A stretch of DNA of 63,717 nucleotides, filler included, from Perkinsus chesapeaki ATCC PRA-425 (taxonomy: Eukaryota > Protista > Perkinsozoa), in the NCBI GenBank assembly GCA_013115145.1. It is 7 parts of 7 records of this genome, joined end to end, with 100 filler letters (N's around TTAATTAATTAA, not from the genome) between each part and the next. Parts side by side here need not be neighbours in the genome. Positions count along the whole stretch, not along the records: positions 1 to 31,688 come from JAAPAO010000415.1; 6 more parts are not named here. One strand, written 5' to 3'. A model generated the notes under the pieces. That model had not been told where the DNA came from, did no database searches, and was given only the letters and a program-made list of their open reading frames with translations. Each line of letters opens with the position of its first letter. Position 1 is the first letter of the stretch. This document shows, in pieces, positions 12,763 to 27,701 of the stretch. The position numbers were made by a program, and so were the translations under genes.

Positions 12763-14628
12763 ATGCAAAGATTCGCAGCCTTAAGCGGGGTACATTACAA
12801 CTCGAGAACTTCCTTCAGTGACTCTTTCTTTATTCAAGGTATCCTGCGCGCGATATTTATCAACCGCTGCTAACAAGCAGCACCCGAAGCTCTTCGTGCC
12901 GAGGCAATTCTCCACAGCAGCCCCAGCTATGATGGCCGACACCAACAAGGGCATGATCGTGCGCGGCAAAGATGACATGTCGATGGAAGACCTCCCGATG
13001 CCCGGGGCGCCACAGGCTGGGGAATGTCTTATTCGAGTCAAGGAGGTCGGCATTTGCGGATCTGATGTCCATTTCTATAAAAATGGCTCTGTTGGAGGAT
13101 ACGTAAGGCTCTTGCTTACCTAGGTGCGTTAAGCTATTTCAGGATGTCAAATCGCCAATGATCATTGGCCATGAGGGAGCTGGAATTGTTGAGCAACTCG
13201 GCGAAGGCGTTACTGGCCTTAAGGTAACAGGCTGTGTATCTTAAGCTGCGCCGAAAGATTCATTCCAGGTCGGCGACAGAGTAGCCTTGGAGCCAGCAGT
13301 CCCTTGCGGCCACTGTGCTCTGTGCAAATCGGGCAGATACAATCTTTGTCCCGAAATAAAGTACACTTTATGCCAACCTCGACGTCACTATTCTCTCACC
13401 TTAGGTGCTTTGGCACCCCGCCAAACAATGGTTGCATGACACGATACGTTCGCCACCCAGCTTCTATGTGCTTCAAGCTGCCCGATAACGTCTCCCTTGA
13501 AGAGGTGGATTCTTAGGCATCTTAACCACTTCATAGTTTCTTCTTCAGGGTGTTATGATCGAGCCATTGGCAGTCGCCGCTTACGCGTGTATCAACCGAG
13601 CCGAGGTTAAGGAAGGAGACAACGTCCTTGTGTTCGGTGACGGTCCCATTGGTGGGTCAATAACCTTTTCCAGCGTCACGTGACGATATGCTTTCAGGAA
13701 CGATGTCGGCCATGGTAGCATCTGCGTTGGGTGCCAACAGGATCCTCGTGTGCGGTCACCATACTGACAAGCTTGAGGGTATCGTAGAGGACTGCCCAAA
13801 GGCTGAGATACTCAACGTTAAGGGCGCCGGAGACTTCAACAGCGTCGCCGACAGGATCAAGTAGCGGCATTAGCCAAGCCGAGCTTTACCGTATATCTTT
13901 CATGCAGGAGCGTGTTTCAAGGCCCTGCTGACTGCGCAGTTGATACTACTGGTGCTCAGGACGCTGTTTCAGCGTGCATTAGGGCGACTCAATCAGGTAG
14001 CCTTGTCTTCTATTTAGTAGTAGAGTTGTTGATGTTCTGCGGTAGGTGGCAAAGTTGCCATGGTTGGTATCGGAAAGGTTCAGATGGAGTTACCTGTTAT
14101 CGATTCTATTGTTCGTGAAGTTGACGTCAGAGGCAGTTTTAGGTGGGTAGCAGCGTACAGTAGTTTCGCCCAAAGAGTCTTTCTCGATTGGCCGTGCTAA
14201 GGGTGGGTTGAGCCACCCGTCATTGTCTTAAGCTAAGTCTATTTGAAATTTGCTACGACTTGAAGTTAAATTAAATACATATGCTCTGATGCCAATTGAC
14301 GGCACACATTCTTCAAGTGGCGGATACTGTAGAAATCTCTCTATTTGGCTTGTTAATGGCGTTGGCTGGTTAAAGATGCAACTTGGTATGTACCTGCACA
14401 GATTCTGTCACACCTACCCTACATGCATTGACATGATCAGCAGTGGTAAGGTTAATGTGAAGCAGCTTATCACTCATAGGTATCATACCGCTCTCTCCTC
14501 GAACTTGTCAAGATTCAATCAGGTATCACTTCAATAACGATGATGTGTTACAAGCCTTTGAAGACTGCAGCAAGGGTGTTGGCAAGGACGGTCGTTTCAC
14601 TAACAAGTGCATGATTGATATCGATTAA
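12763..14628 (+). CDS. SORD: Sorbitol dehydrogenase, copy 2, with N-terminal mitochondrial-type presequence
   Basis: Spliced start MQRFAALSG|VSCARYLSTAANKQHPKLFVPRQFSTAAPAM; then VKEVGICGSDVHF, MIIGHE, CGHCALCKSGRYNLC, IEPLAVAAYAC, FGDGPIG; ends KCMIDID*. Confidence 0.92.
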
Positions 14629-15122
14629 CTTACTTCGTTCTTCTAGTTGTTCCTTCAATAGTAGCTATCTTCCCTTCAGAACCAGAATCATAAACAATCA
14701 ATTGTCATTATAGACTTTCACCACCAACCCAGAGCTTCTAGTTGGCAGTTCGTCAGGGGTAGACGATGGCTTCCTATCAACCTTCAGTTTGCTCGTACTT
14801 GGGCGTATCAAAATTGTTAGGAGGCTGCTCTTGGGGAGCCCAGCCAAGGCGTCTTTATGGTATTCTCAATCGTTAGTAGTGAGCCATGTGGATCGATGGG
14901 TTCCCGTCTTCACCGAGTGCTTGGGTAGCCTTGTTGTTGCCGGAGTCCACTCGTAGCGGTGAATCTGTTGGTATTGGTAGTGTACTCCTGTTCCTACGTC
15001 CGCGGTTACCGTCATTATTCGATGTAAAGTGTGGGACATTGTCCTCTACCCTTCTTTGTGCTAATATGGTCTAGGCATTGTGACACCACCCTCAGCTAGC
15101 GCTCCAAGCTAGTGGCCTCCTC

Positions 15123-15179
15123 CTGTTAGACTGCTCACTGTTAGACTGCTCACTGTTAGACTGCTCACTGTTAGACTGC
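15123..15179 (+). repeat. 15-bp tandem repeat (CTGTTAGACTGCTCA) about 3.8 copies
   Basis: Directly visible. Confidence 0.9.
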
Positions 15180-15650
15180 ATGCTGCATGCCTATGCTTGG
15201 TTCTAGTTTCCCTTCTTTCCCTCCCTCAAATGCTTACAATGTCCTCATCTCGTTGTATGGTGTGTATGGCAGCACCAGTAGTGACGAAATGCTCTGCAAT
15301 TAGAGGGGTAAGATGCAGTTTAAATTAGTGTTAGTCTATGAACATAATGCTACTGAGTGAAGTTACTGTACGGTGGATTGAATGGGCTCCTCATTTACCT
15401 CTTTTGTCGGGTAGTCCAGAACTTGGCAGTGTCGCCGCGGTGTGGGTAGGAATTGTACACTTTACAAATTAAGTAATGTTATTAATGATTAAACAATGTA
15501 TTAAATGTTTAGTAATTTAATTGTACATTTCAGTGCCAGTGATAATTAAACGAGTGTGTCTTAGAATGGACGGCGCAGAAGCACTATAACTTTTCGCTTT
15601 GTTATTTGACCAGGAACTGTACGTCTGTATAGGCTCGTAGTGAAATATAG

Positions 15651-18250
15651 ATGACCAACTTTGCGGTGTTCATCATCCAAAGCTCAGTTAGCTATACAAT
15701 AGCGCTCACACTTACAGTTGGGTTCTTGATGGGGTCGTCGTCCTCGTTCAGGTGACCGCCAGGAGCCGAAGGCTGTTCTCTTCTACGACTACATCGCGTG
15801 CCAGGCAAGTACCTTTGCTCTTCACACCAGGACCACTAACAACGACCTCGAAGGTGAAGGAGGCCATGCTAATCGACTTGGGTAGTCGAGACACTCGGTA
15901 AAACGGTGATGTTATTGGCCATGGAAAACTCGCGCAGATTCACTGACGTCGTGGTGGACATCCGCAACCAGCTCCTTGCCATTGGCGGCGTCTCCAAAGA
16001 GGACGGTTACGAGGTGAAGCGATTCGTGGAAGGGTTGTTGTTTGACGTTGTACATTGTTTCTCTGTAGTGCGTCATTGTCCAAGGAGCGGGCACCCACGG
16101 CATCGAGGCAGTCCTTGGTAGCGCCATACCACGTGGAGGCAAACTACTTATATTGGCCAATGGAGCGTAGGGCTTCGATATGCTTATGAACTGCCTATTG
16201 CCACATTTCAGGTACGGTGTGAGGCAATCTCAGATTTGCGAGTACCTAGGCATCGACTACAAGCTGATTGATGTACTCACCTTCTCGCTGCTACATTATC
16301 GTTGACCTTTCCTTTCAGTTCACCGACAGGAAGCCTGTGGAGGTATCGGCTTTGGAGAAAGCATTGGCTGAGGACTCTGCTATCACCCATGTCGGCATGA
16401 TACAGCACGAGACCACCGCTGGTAAGCGACCATGGCTTCATTTGCCGGGGCGCGGCGAGTCCAGAGTTGACTTGGAGTAGTATTCGTTACTGGGACAACT
16501 AACGAAGAAGTCTATAAACTTCTTAGTTTGATAAATTCGTTGAATATATAATAGAAGACCACTCACCGTCGCTCAGGTATCTTGAATGACGTCGAAAGTA
16601 TCGGTAAATTTTTGGAGAAGTATCCGAAGGTCGAGCTGATCGTTGATGCTATGTCAAGCATGGGTGCCTATGATATGAGGATGAAGGAGTGGAATGTCAG
16701 GTAGGCAATATCTTGTCAGTGTATCATATGTATGTGTATGAGGAGCAGCTGCAGTTCATATGTGCGTGTATGAGCAGCAGCAGCAGCAGTTCATATGTAT
16801 GTGTATGAGCAGCAGCTGCAGTTCATATGTATGTGTATGAGTAGCTGCAGTTCATATGTATGTGTATGAGTAGCTGCAGTTTATATGTATGTGAATTTCA
16901 AACAATAAAGTAGATGTCTATCGGTAGCTATACTACTGGCACTCCCGTATGGCCTTATTCGCAATATGAAATATCCATAGACGGGTCTTAGCGGTATGAC
17001 GAGGAAAAGTCGGACTACTCCTGGTGCCTACGTTACTGTCCACAAGCCACAGTGGCATGTCCTCTGCGCTGTTCTCTTAAACTCTCCCGTAGCCCATATA
17101 GCGTTGCTTCAGTTACGCCATCTCGAGTGCTAACAAATGCATCGAAGGCGTCCCTGGTTTTTGCTTTGCTCTGTGCAAGCGATCGAGTCTCCTGGCCTCC
17201 GAGGGGAATGCCAGGAGCTTCTGTCTCGACCTCTACGCCCAATGGAAGGGACTAGAGACCACCGGTACGCCTTGATCAGCCCTCGCCGCTGCGACAGTTA
17301 GTTTGGACAGGTCAATTCCGGTTCACACCACCAACGCACGTTATTCTAGCTTTCAACGAGGCACTAAAGGAGTGGACAGCCGAGGGCGGCTTGCAGGGGC
17401 GTTATAACAGATATAAGGAGAACTACGATGTAGGTGCAAGACATAGGTGACGGCCTTTGAATGATGAGCTGTTGTTTCATGTCAGATAATAAGTACTGGT
17501 ATGGAGGAGATGGGCTTCGAGTATTACATAGATGCCGAGCATAGAGGAGTTATTATTACCACTTTTATGCAGCCGGCTCATATGCCTGGCTGGGACTTCA
17601 ACAAATTTTACAAGTTCCTTGGTAAGACTGATGTCGCTGATGGAGTTCAAGTCTTTCATAAAATGAGAAGTGAAATCCTTTTTGATTAATAGTGCTCGAG
17701 ATATTGCAAAGTCCGATCAGTTTTCCTTAGGGAGTCGCAGAGGAAGATCGAATGTTCCCAGAATAAATGCATTTGCCCGTCAAATTTTGACGTTTTCGTT
17801 CGGTCTAGGAATATTTTTTCGATCCAAATTTCCGCTGTATCTCCTCTGCACTAGAAACACTTCTGGCTTCCCGAGGAGCTCTTGTATGTGAGGCTAGACA
17901 AGTCCTTGCTTGCACCGCCTCTCATCGAACGATAACGTGCTTTCGACGTTGGTGGGAAGACTCCAGTGTAGTTTTCGAGGATATCTGGCATCCCAATGTT
18001 GCTTGATTGTTACGTTTGAGTTGTCTCCTTGTAGGTGACAGAGGCCTCGTCATCTACCCTGGCAAGCTGTCGAGCGGCCTATCCTTCAGACTTGGAACCA
18101 TCGGTAGAATAGCGCCCGAGGACTGCCGTGAGCTGCTCGGTAAGAAAGAGTGCAGGCGACCGGATTCGAGTGTTGGTCTTTTTAGGTGCAATTAAAGATG
18201 CCCTCGAGGCAATGGAGATACCGACCCCGATACCCCCTCCAGCGAACTAG
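15651..18250 (+). CDS. phnW: 2-aminoethylphosphonate:pyruvate transaminase (PLP, class V), multi-exon
   Basis: [54 protein letters not shown] (PLP lysine), [30 protein letters not shown]. Confidence 0.93.
16724..16893 (+). repeat. Intronic minisatellite, 29-35 bp units with a variable internal GCA tract, about 5.4 copies
   Basis: TCATATGTATGTGTATGA-(GCA)n-GCTGCAGT repeated inside a phnW intron. Confidence 0.9.
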
Positions 18251-18755
18251 ATCTTTCATTATCTTAAACGGTGTGCTCCTCTCCTTCTTTTAAGTTTTAT
18301 TAAGTATCATACAACAGTGTTTGTTAGTAGTAATAAGTCAATCACGGAGTGTGTCATTTGCCCATCTTGGTGAACAACAGGGAATCATCTAGCCTCGTTG
18401 AAATGCGCTCCTCATGCAGAAACGGTTTCCGAGAATATCTTCCTACGGTAAAGAGGAAAATCAAACGCATTTTTCCGTACGTAGTGCCATGTTCCTCGGT
18501 AGCTCCCAGAGCCTGTTCTGGAATACTAGTCTCAACAGCATACATGCCCAACGCTTTGCCGCGGTTGTGCTCTCTTAGAGAGCCTCTAAAGCATTCTCTT
18601 GATGCCCCCAAACTGTATGTTGCCCTATTGTTAATGTTCCTCTACGATACCCTTGTCTGGCATATCCCTCCAGAAGTGTCTCTCCTCGCGGTTACTAGTA
18701 GGAGTAGCACCATCACATGTTGCCTAGGGGGAAAGTATGGTTGTTAGTTTTTACA

Positions 18756-20496
18756 ATGTCCTCTCGTTTGTGGTGCATCCTCATCGGTCTGCCACTTTTC
18801 GTATCTTCACTTTATTCGATCGCTGACGATGACGACTATTGTTTCCGCCGTCCCTTGATGCCCTATCCTCGGCTGGACAATCCCTCTATGAAGCTGGTGT
18901 CTGTGCAAGTGTATCTACGCCACGGTCAAAGAGACGAGTACACCCACCACGAATGCTTCCCAAACGCCGAGCAAGTGGACTATTCTCGCGAGTGCGATAA
19001 GGTTCACGTTGACTACGCCATTGATGAGGTCACCGCTCTATCGGGTATGAAGTTTCGCAAGGTCTTTGTTGACTTGAACGGCAGCAACACATGCGAAACG
19101 GGCCAACTCTTGAACGGTGCTCAAGACCAGATGCGAAGGGTTGCCGACTGGCTGCGGGAGGCATACGTTGGCGATGCTGCTTTAGGTGGAGAGGAGCTGG
19201 AGCTGATTTCTACCGACAAGAGCCGCACTCTGGGCTCCCTGTACGGAGTTGACTACCTCTTGGCCATTTACATTGGGAGCCTTCAGATACTATTTGTTAT
19301 CAGCCTTCACTCGGCCACAGGACCAGCTGCCGAAGACGTTAGACGTGAAGGTTCAGGATTCTTACGAAGATGCTCTGGGGCTCAACTATGTCGACTGCCC
19401 GAGGGTTAAGGCCCTCGATCAAATGTCAGTCCTCACCACAGAACAACTGGACCTTGCTGTTAGGTTCAGCAGGAGCGAGTTTGTAGCGACTCAGTCAAAT
19501 TCTGATTCCTATAAGCGATGCGCTGACTTGTACACCGAGTTGGTTGGTGAGGCATGCTCTTGACAGTTGATCAGATTTCCCCCTTAGGGCCGGTTCGGTT
19601 CGATCTCTCCGCCGCAAACGACTGTTTTCTGACGCAGTACTGCACAAACTCGAGCTACCCTCCTGGCGTCAGCGTTACACCAAAACTTTTCAATTGTGTC
19701 ACCAACATGCGCGCCGAAAGACGCTTTGTCGAGTACGGCTTCACGGGCTTCGCCGCCGATCCGGATCCATCATGGACGGTCGACCAAGCCTTAGAGAAAT
19801 GCAGGCTCCGCATCGCACCGGTCAGCACGGAGCTCCCGCTCACTGCGGAATCTGTGGGCAGGTCGTTCGAGGGCTGCTCGGCCGTGCACAGTCGACCAAG
19901 AAGCTGTATTTGATTGGCACACACGACACAACAGTGGCCTGTCTCCTACAGAGCCTCGGAGGTGTAAGACAATCGGCCACCATGCTTTAACTGCATTTCC
20001 TATTGTAGCTGTGGGATGGCCATTGGCCCCACTACGGCGAGACGGTGGCCTTGGAAGCATACGAGTCCACTGCCGATGGACAGCGCTATTTCCGTCTGCT
20101 AAGGAATCATAATATTATTCCGTTCCCTGGGTAACCTCCCACTGCGATGTCCAGCCGAGTGCTGCTGCTCTCAGATGTCCCCCAGGTGAGCCTTGCCCAT
20201 TATCAGTTTTGGAAGGCTTCGTCAAATCGGAGCCTATATTGGCCAGCGAGGCTTATCGCCATCACCGATGTCGTGACGTTGCCGACCTCCTCTATGACGA
20301 AGCCCCTCAGCCGGTCGAACCACCGTAAGCAGTTTTTGTGACGATTGTTACTGCTCCAATCAGAGCCGCCACGTTACCTCATTTGCTGTTGTGGACTCTG
20401 GTAGCCTTCATGCTCGGTGGGGTCATCGGTAGATTGTCAAGGCCCAGAAAGCAGCAAGAAGAAGTTGACGCTTCCGACGGCTATGTTAGAATCTAG
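18756..20496 (+). CDS. Histidine acid phosphatase, type I membrane protein (lysosomal acid phosphatase-like)
   Basis: Signal peptide MSSRLWCILIGLPLFVSSLYSIA; YLRHGQRD; ISTDKSRT; GTHDTTV; last exon gives TM LLLWTLVAFMLGGVIG and tail ..DGYVRI*. Confidence 0.88.
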
Positions 20497-20585
20497 TTCG
20501 AAAGTTTCGTTTCCAGAACCTCACATCCGTCGCGTTTTGCACCTGGTGGTGACTGAGCGGCGAACAGCGTCAATTACTCCGTACA

Positions 20586-21837
20586 ATGTCATCAACTAAT
20601 TCGTCCCCATGCCGCTATATCCAGCAGCAGCAGCAGCACTCCTCCACGGAGCCTTTCACTCCCCCCAGACGCGGGGTCTTCCTCACCAACTCGTGGGAGC
20701 TTGGCCCCAGCTCCGCCAGATACCTGGATGTGAATTCCTGTCGGGAGTCAATGGACCGCATTAAGGTATCCTCAGACGTCATCAGCGCACATGGTATCGA
20801 TCAGTTCCAGCACCGCATCTTGACCGCGCCTGTCGACGGCGAATTGGTCGAAGTAGGCGTTTAGCGTTGACAGAGTGAGGTGTGAGATTCAGGGTGTGGT
20901 CCCGCCTCCAGACGTCAGCGCCTTCACGAGGCACAGAAACAAGCTACAGCATTTCCAGCATCTCATTACCAAAGGCCGTGCGGCAACCGCTGAGGACGAG
21001 GCAATAGTGGAACTGTATAGAGGTCAGCGACACGAGTGTCCACCTTGGAAATGTGGTGGCGCTACTCAGATAATCTAAGACAGATGCTCTCAGAAGTTCA
21101 AGATCGGATATCCCATTCCACAGAGCATCGAACTCCGTCGCCCACTCGTTTGCTCCGTCTGGCTAGAAGATGTAACGGTCAGCTACTCTTGACTATACTT
21201 GTGGGTATATATGCCTTCAGGCACGTCACGTGATGTAGAGCAGCCTTCAGAAGGGAGCATTCTGGAGCTTTTGCCGAGTCCTGTTCCATCGAAGTCGGTG
21301 CCTCCTCAAATGATAAGAGGGTGATCGACGAAGGCATGCCTCAGACACCTGACATGCGTAACAGGTTCCGTCTGCGCTCCCCTCCGAGGCCGGCCCCATC
21401 GATGTTGAAACGGTCTGGGAGCACCGGCAACTTGGGCGTGGGAATGTTAGAAGTTGAAAAACTGCACGCAATGGCAAGATCTCAGCTAGTGTATTGCTAG
21501 TCTAACGGAGTCTTATTAGTTAAGAGAACGTGATAAGACCATAGCAGCCTTACAGAGGGAGAACGCCGTCCTCAGAGGAGGTCTGATGTCGCTTTACCAT
21601 TGATAATAGATTCTTATGCGTAGGCTGCCCGCGATGTGGTGAAGCATCGAAATCTCTAAGCGATTGTGTAATTAGTATGAGAGATGTCCATTCAAGAGTT
21701 CTGAAGGTAAATCCGCGAGCGACAGTTACTGTATTGCTTTTGTTCTCGTTTAGGCAATATCAGATTTGCCTTCGTTGTTGAAAGAAGAGGAATCCCTCAT
21801 AGCCAAGCTTAGTCATTTTCGGAAGCATCGAGAATGA
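20586..21837 (+). CDS. Hypothetical protein with C-terminal coiled-coil-like region, multi-exon
   Basis: First exon ORF 20586-20864 ends at a GTAGGC donor; later exon-like blocks end ..LKEEESLIAKLSHFRKHRE*. Confidence 0.45.
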
Positions 21838-22550
21838 TGACGTGAAAATTGAATCCACTTTCATGGTATGTTAGACCATGTTGCGTTCGGGAGTACAGGA
21901 TCGATGAGGTATGTCCACTGATCTACAACCCTTGTAGGGATTGCTTACTAGTAAATTCCCGTTGCACAGTAACATCATCTAGATGCAAATTAGTCGTAAT
22001 TTAGGCTTCTGCTATCGCAAAAGTATACGGCTTAACAAGGAAGAGACATTCAACTTGTATCGAAATGTGTTGCTGTGGAATAAGAATGTATCGAAAGACA
22101 GGTGGTACCAATTCGGTGAGGCGAAAGAGATACCGTTTAATTCCGATCGTTTCTCTCTACCGAGCGACAAGCATTGACCCGATGAGCTCCCTCACCAAGT
22201 GTGCGAATTCGGCTTGAAAGTGATCTGACTCCCCTATCTTCAACGTGGGACCCACAGTCGGGAACAACGGGCGACGATGGGGATCAGCTACTATCGCGTC
22301 GACAAACGGGCGTGACCTTCTAAGACTAGATCATAGAGTCACGACGGGATATTGAACGCTTCATATCAGTTCAAACGAAAAGAAAACGAACTAATGTACA
22401 TTGGCGAATGCAATGCACCCGCCAGCGCAGACTCGATCGATTTCACGCTATGCACGCATGCGCAACCGCATCCAGCGGAGCGAAGCACCAAAAAGGAGAA
22501 TAGTGAGGCGACTGAATGGAAGCAGCGGGGCGAATGATACCGTACCCATC

Positions 22551-22622
22551 GGTTCTATGGTGTAACGGTTAGCACTCCAGACTCTGAATCTGGCGATCTG
22601 GGTTCAAATCCCGGTAGAACCT
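22551..22622 (+). tRNA. tRNA-Gln (CTG)
   Basis: GGTTCTA/TAGAACC acceptor stem, CCAGA-CT CTG AA-TCTGG anticodon arm, GGTTCAAATCC T-arm, T discriminator. Confidence 0.95.
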
Positions 22623-23058
22623 TTACACTGAAGGACCACTTGCTAATATAACACATACTCACATGCATCAACTGCCTACACTTTCAAGAGTTCTAACTCT
22701 GCGATGGTGATTAATGCTAGACGTGGTCATCATGAACTGATCATGCTACCTCTTAAGCGCTACAGGAACACGTATCGAACTGGAAGCGGGATCTATGCCT
22801 CATCGATGCACGTATATTAAAACTTCGACCTGATCCAGTCGACTCTGCTTTCGTGCACAACTTCAATATGTAATTTAAAAGATAAGCTTTGGCGAGTGTT
22901 CACCTCAGTTCAATATAGAGTATCCCATCACAACTAGTATAACTCAACTCAAAAAGGTAACTGGTACTACAGGGCTGATGCTCACCAAATATCTTCACCA
23001 CTTTTACCAGCAAAATCTTCATACTACATTGGCAGCCGTCACCACCCCGATCCTTCCC

Positions 23059-24842
<1,784 letters not shown>

Positions 24843-25260
24843 GAAGTTATTGACGAAAGTGAACAGAGCAACAACTTCGGCATTATTATTATCATATCAA
24901 CCAATACCAATATTAATGTTAACCTCCTCCTTATATATTCAACGACAACCCATACAACCATATAACCGCATAATGGCTGCTTTCACAACATTACCGGCAG
25001 ATGTTAATATCCCCTAGGGTGGCCCTCGTGGCGACGGTTTTAATTATACACTAAGACGAGCGTTCTTCTTGGTGTTATCAATCCACATCATATCTATTAT
25101 CTCCCATTAACAGATATCTCAATTGCCGATAACGACAACAATACCATAAAGAGTAGAGATAATAATGAACGCAGACGATCGAAACACAGCGAGATCGCCC
25201 GGGCGTGCGCATAGTTTCCGGGCGAGCGAGAATTCAACAACGTATCTTCACAAACGTGGT

Positions 25261-27450
25261 TCAACCCGCGCTGAGTCGCTTGGAACGTTTCAAAGATCGT
25301 TCTTGGAAGGCCTCCCCGGGAGGTATTAATTGACCATAAGATTAAATATCGGACCCGATGGAGTCTAGAATAGCCAATGTGAATCACCACCTGCCTCCCC
25401 CAGTAACGATAACACTGTGTGATGCAGAAACCAACGGCAGTCACCACAATTTAAACACATTCCACCATGTACTTTCACGATTGCCATCTCGAGGAGTTGC
25501 TTCACGTAACCTAAACTCGACCTAAAGATACGCCTATCCATCGGTGAGATACCGAGATAGCTGAGCATTGGCAGAAGCCAGCGCCTTTTCTGTCGATGAT
25601 AACTTCATCAGTGTCTCCGTGTAAGCCTGGTCAAGTGCACCGATCCTAAAATAATACGTAAAAATCAACTAACTGGGCAACCCACCTGTTCTCGAATTCC
25701 AGCTGCCGCTCACACATCTTGAGCCTATCCTTATGATGGTAATGATTAACCGCATAAACACCTACACAACGCCCACCTGGCCACATGTTTAAATAGCAAC
25801 ACCCCCACTAAAGATTACTAAGGTCAACCGTAAGCTCCATTATCAGACAAGCAAGTGTGTCCCAGTATACCGTGAAACCGTCAAGAACTCGTTTGCACTA
25901 TTCCGCGAACATCTTAGAAGTTCAATTAATTTTGCGCGATCTACAGTAATTGAGCCTCACTGCTATGGAGGTTACTTAACTCCCTTTACTTACTTCCGGC
26001 ACCAACAGTAAGAGCAACACAAGCAGCCACCATAACAATAGGCAAGGCACGACTACCCTGCTCATCAATCAACCTGAATAAACTATGCACGATATCTCAT
26101 TGAGTTATAAAGACTGGGGGAATACTACACCATTTAAAGATCTAGATAGTACCGAATTAATGCAGCCCAGACCATTTTAGTGTCCGCCCTCTAACTAGAT
26201 TCTTGGCTTATATCAATTAGGACATTGAAACGATTTATTACACTGATTAAAGGTTATCAATGCCCCAGTCCAGTGAGGTAGGAGAGGATTCCATATCTAT
26301 TGTGGAGTGGCTAAGGAGTGGCTGAAACCGTAATGCTACTCGCTGAGGTGACCTCAATAGGAAAAGTTGAATAATTTTTGTCATTTCCCCCGGGCTGCCT
26401 AAGCTCTAACAACTTAACACCTACTTGTCAGCCCACTCCTTCTCCATCAATTGATAGTCTCTCTTAATGTCATCCAGCTCCTGTTCTAGGTCCTAAAGTT
26501 GCACTATAATCTATTAACCACACAATCCTACCTGCGACCGTAGCCGCCATGCCACCAGCTCCTCCGATTCAGGATCCGGAAGCTCATCAAAGCCGCTGCG
26601 CCCGACTGAAAGAGCAGTGAATCCATCAAGTCTTGATGATCAAGACCGCTGCTAGTTAACGGTCCCTTCAAGTGGCATAACGTTGAAAAGCGCTAGCATT
26701 CTGTTGTTTCGGACACCTCTCGCCTGCCGTCGAGCAGCTTCAGGAATGTTCCGGAATCGCCAAGCATATGACCGTACAACTCATTTTCCCTTCCCGATGT
26801 ACTATTTCATGAAGCACCCCATCACTCCATACCGCTCTTTTCTTTCATCTCAGCTCTAACCTCCGCTAGCTGCTCTTCCATTTTCTTCATTTGCTTCTCA
26901 GCGTCCTCTAAATACATCACCTCTCACGCATCCACCACCAATTCTCACCAGCCGCCTTCTTTCCTTCAACCAACGCCTTCTGCAATCCCCCTTTAAGGGC
27001 CGCTGACTCCTCATTTGCACGTCTGAATCCATGAGCAAGTCGACCAAACAGCAGCTAAGATTCCCCACCGCAGAGATGCGCGCAAGCTATCTATCTCGCT
27101 CACCAAGACGTTTACTCTGGACTCGACAGCCTGAGAGCTCCGGTGAATAGTCAAACCGATCGGAGAAAGCTACCTCCCTCTTGAGCTCCGCGCTACTAAG
27201 AGGCCGGCGACCAATCAGAGAGCCAACACCTTCGCTGGCAGCGGCCATGCTCTCTACAGGCGTACGTGGCCGCTCCGAACTAAGATACCTACGCAGCAGT
27301 TACGAGCATGGTTTAAGCTAAGATACTCACTCTGACATAGATGGTATCTTAGGTGAAGGCGTTCGAGTTCGGTAATATCTCATTGCAACGCACCATGAAG
27401 GATTCGCTCGAATTGCCGAGTGTCCAGCGGCGAACATGGCCGTTAAAACC
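25261..27450 (-). CDS. Hypothetical coiled-coil protein, multi-exon; boundaries approximate
   Basis: Exon-like blocks with GT-AG ends: RYYRTRTPSPKIPSMS, YLSSERPRTPVES.., EDAEKQMKKMEEQLAEVRAEMRKKR, ..AFQERSLKRSKRLSAG*. Confidence 0.4.
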
Positions 27451-27637
27451 AACTTGCAAAAACGCATCGTATCATTGCGCTCTAGAAAATTACGTTCCTC
27501 AGCGTGATGCTGTCGGAAGATGCCCTCGGGAATTGGAATAGGTTCCAAGGGAAAACGTCTCAAATACATCCTCATCGCCAAAATAGATCTTTACTGGATG
27601 CAAGCAGTCTGTAGAAGAAGCAATCACAGGTGCGGAA

Positions 27638-27701
27638 ATATAAGAAAGCGTCCTTCAAGTGTAGAGATATAAGAAAGCGTCCTTCAAGTGTAGAGATATA
27701 A
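27638..27701 (+). repeat. 29-bp tandem duplication
   Basis: ATATAAGAAAGCGTCCTTCAAGTGTAGAG x2 plus a partial copy. Confidence 0.9.

Noticed and set aside
15651-20496. phnW plus adjacent phosphatase as a phosphonate-degradation cluster
   Set aside because: The neighbour is a luminal histidine acid phosphatase, not a HAD-family PhnX; the predicted compartments differ.
26537-26545. ACCGTAGCC resembling the start of the perkinsid/dinoflagellate spliced leader
   Set aside because: Only 9 nt match and the rest diverges; expected by chance.
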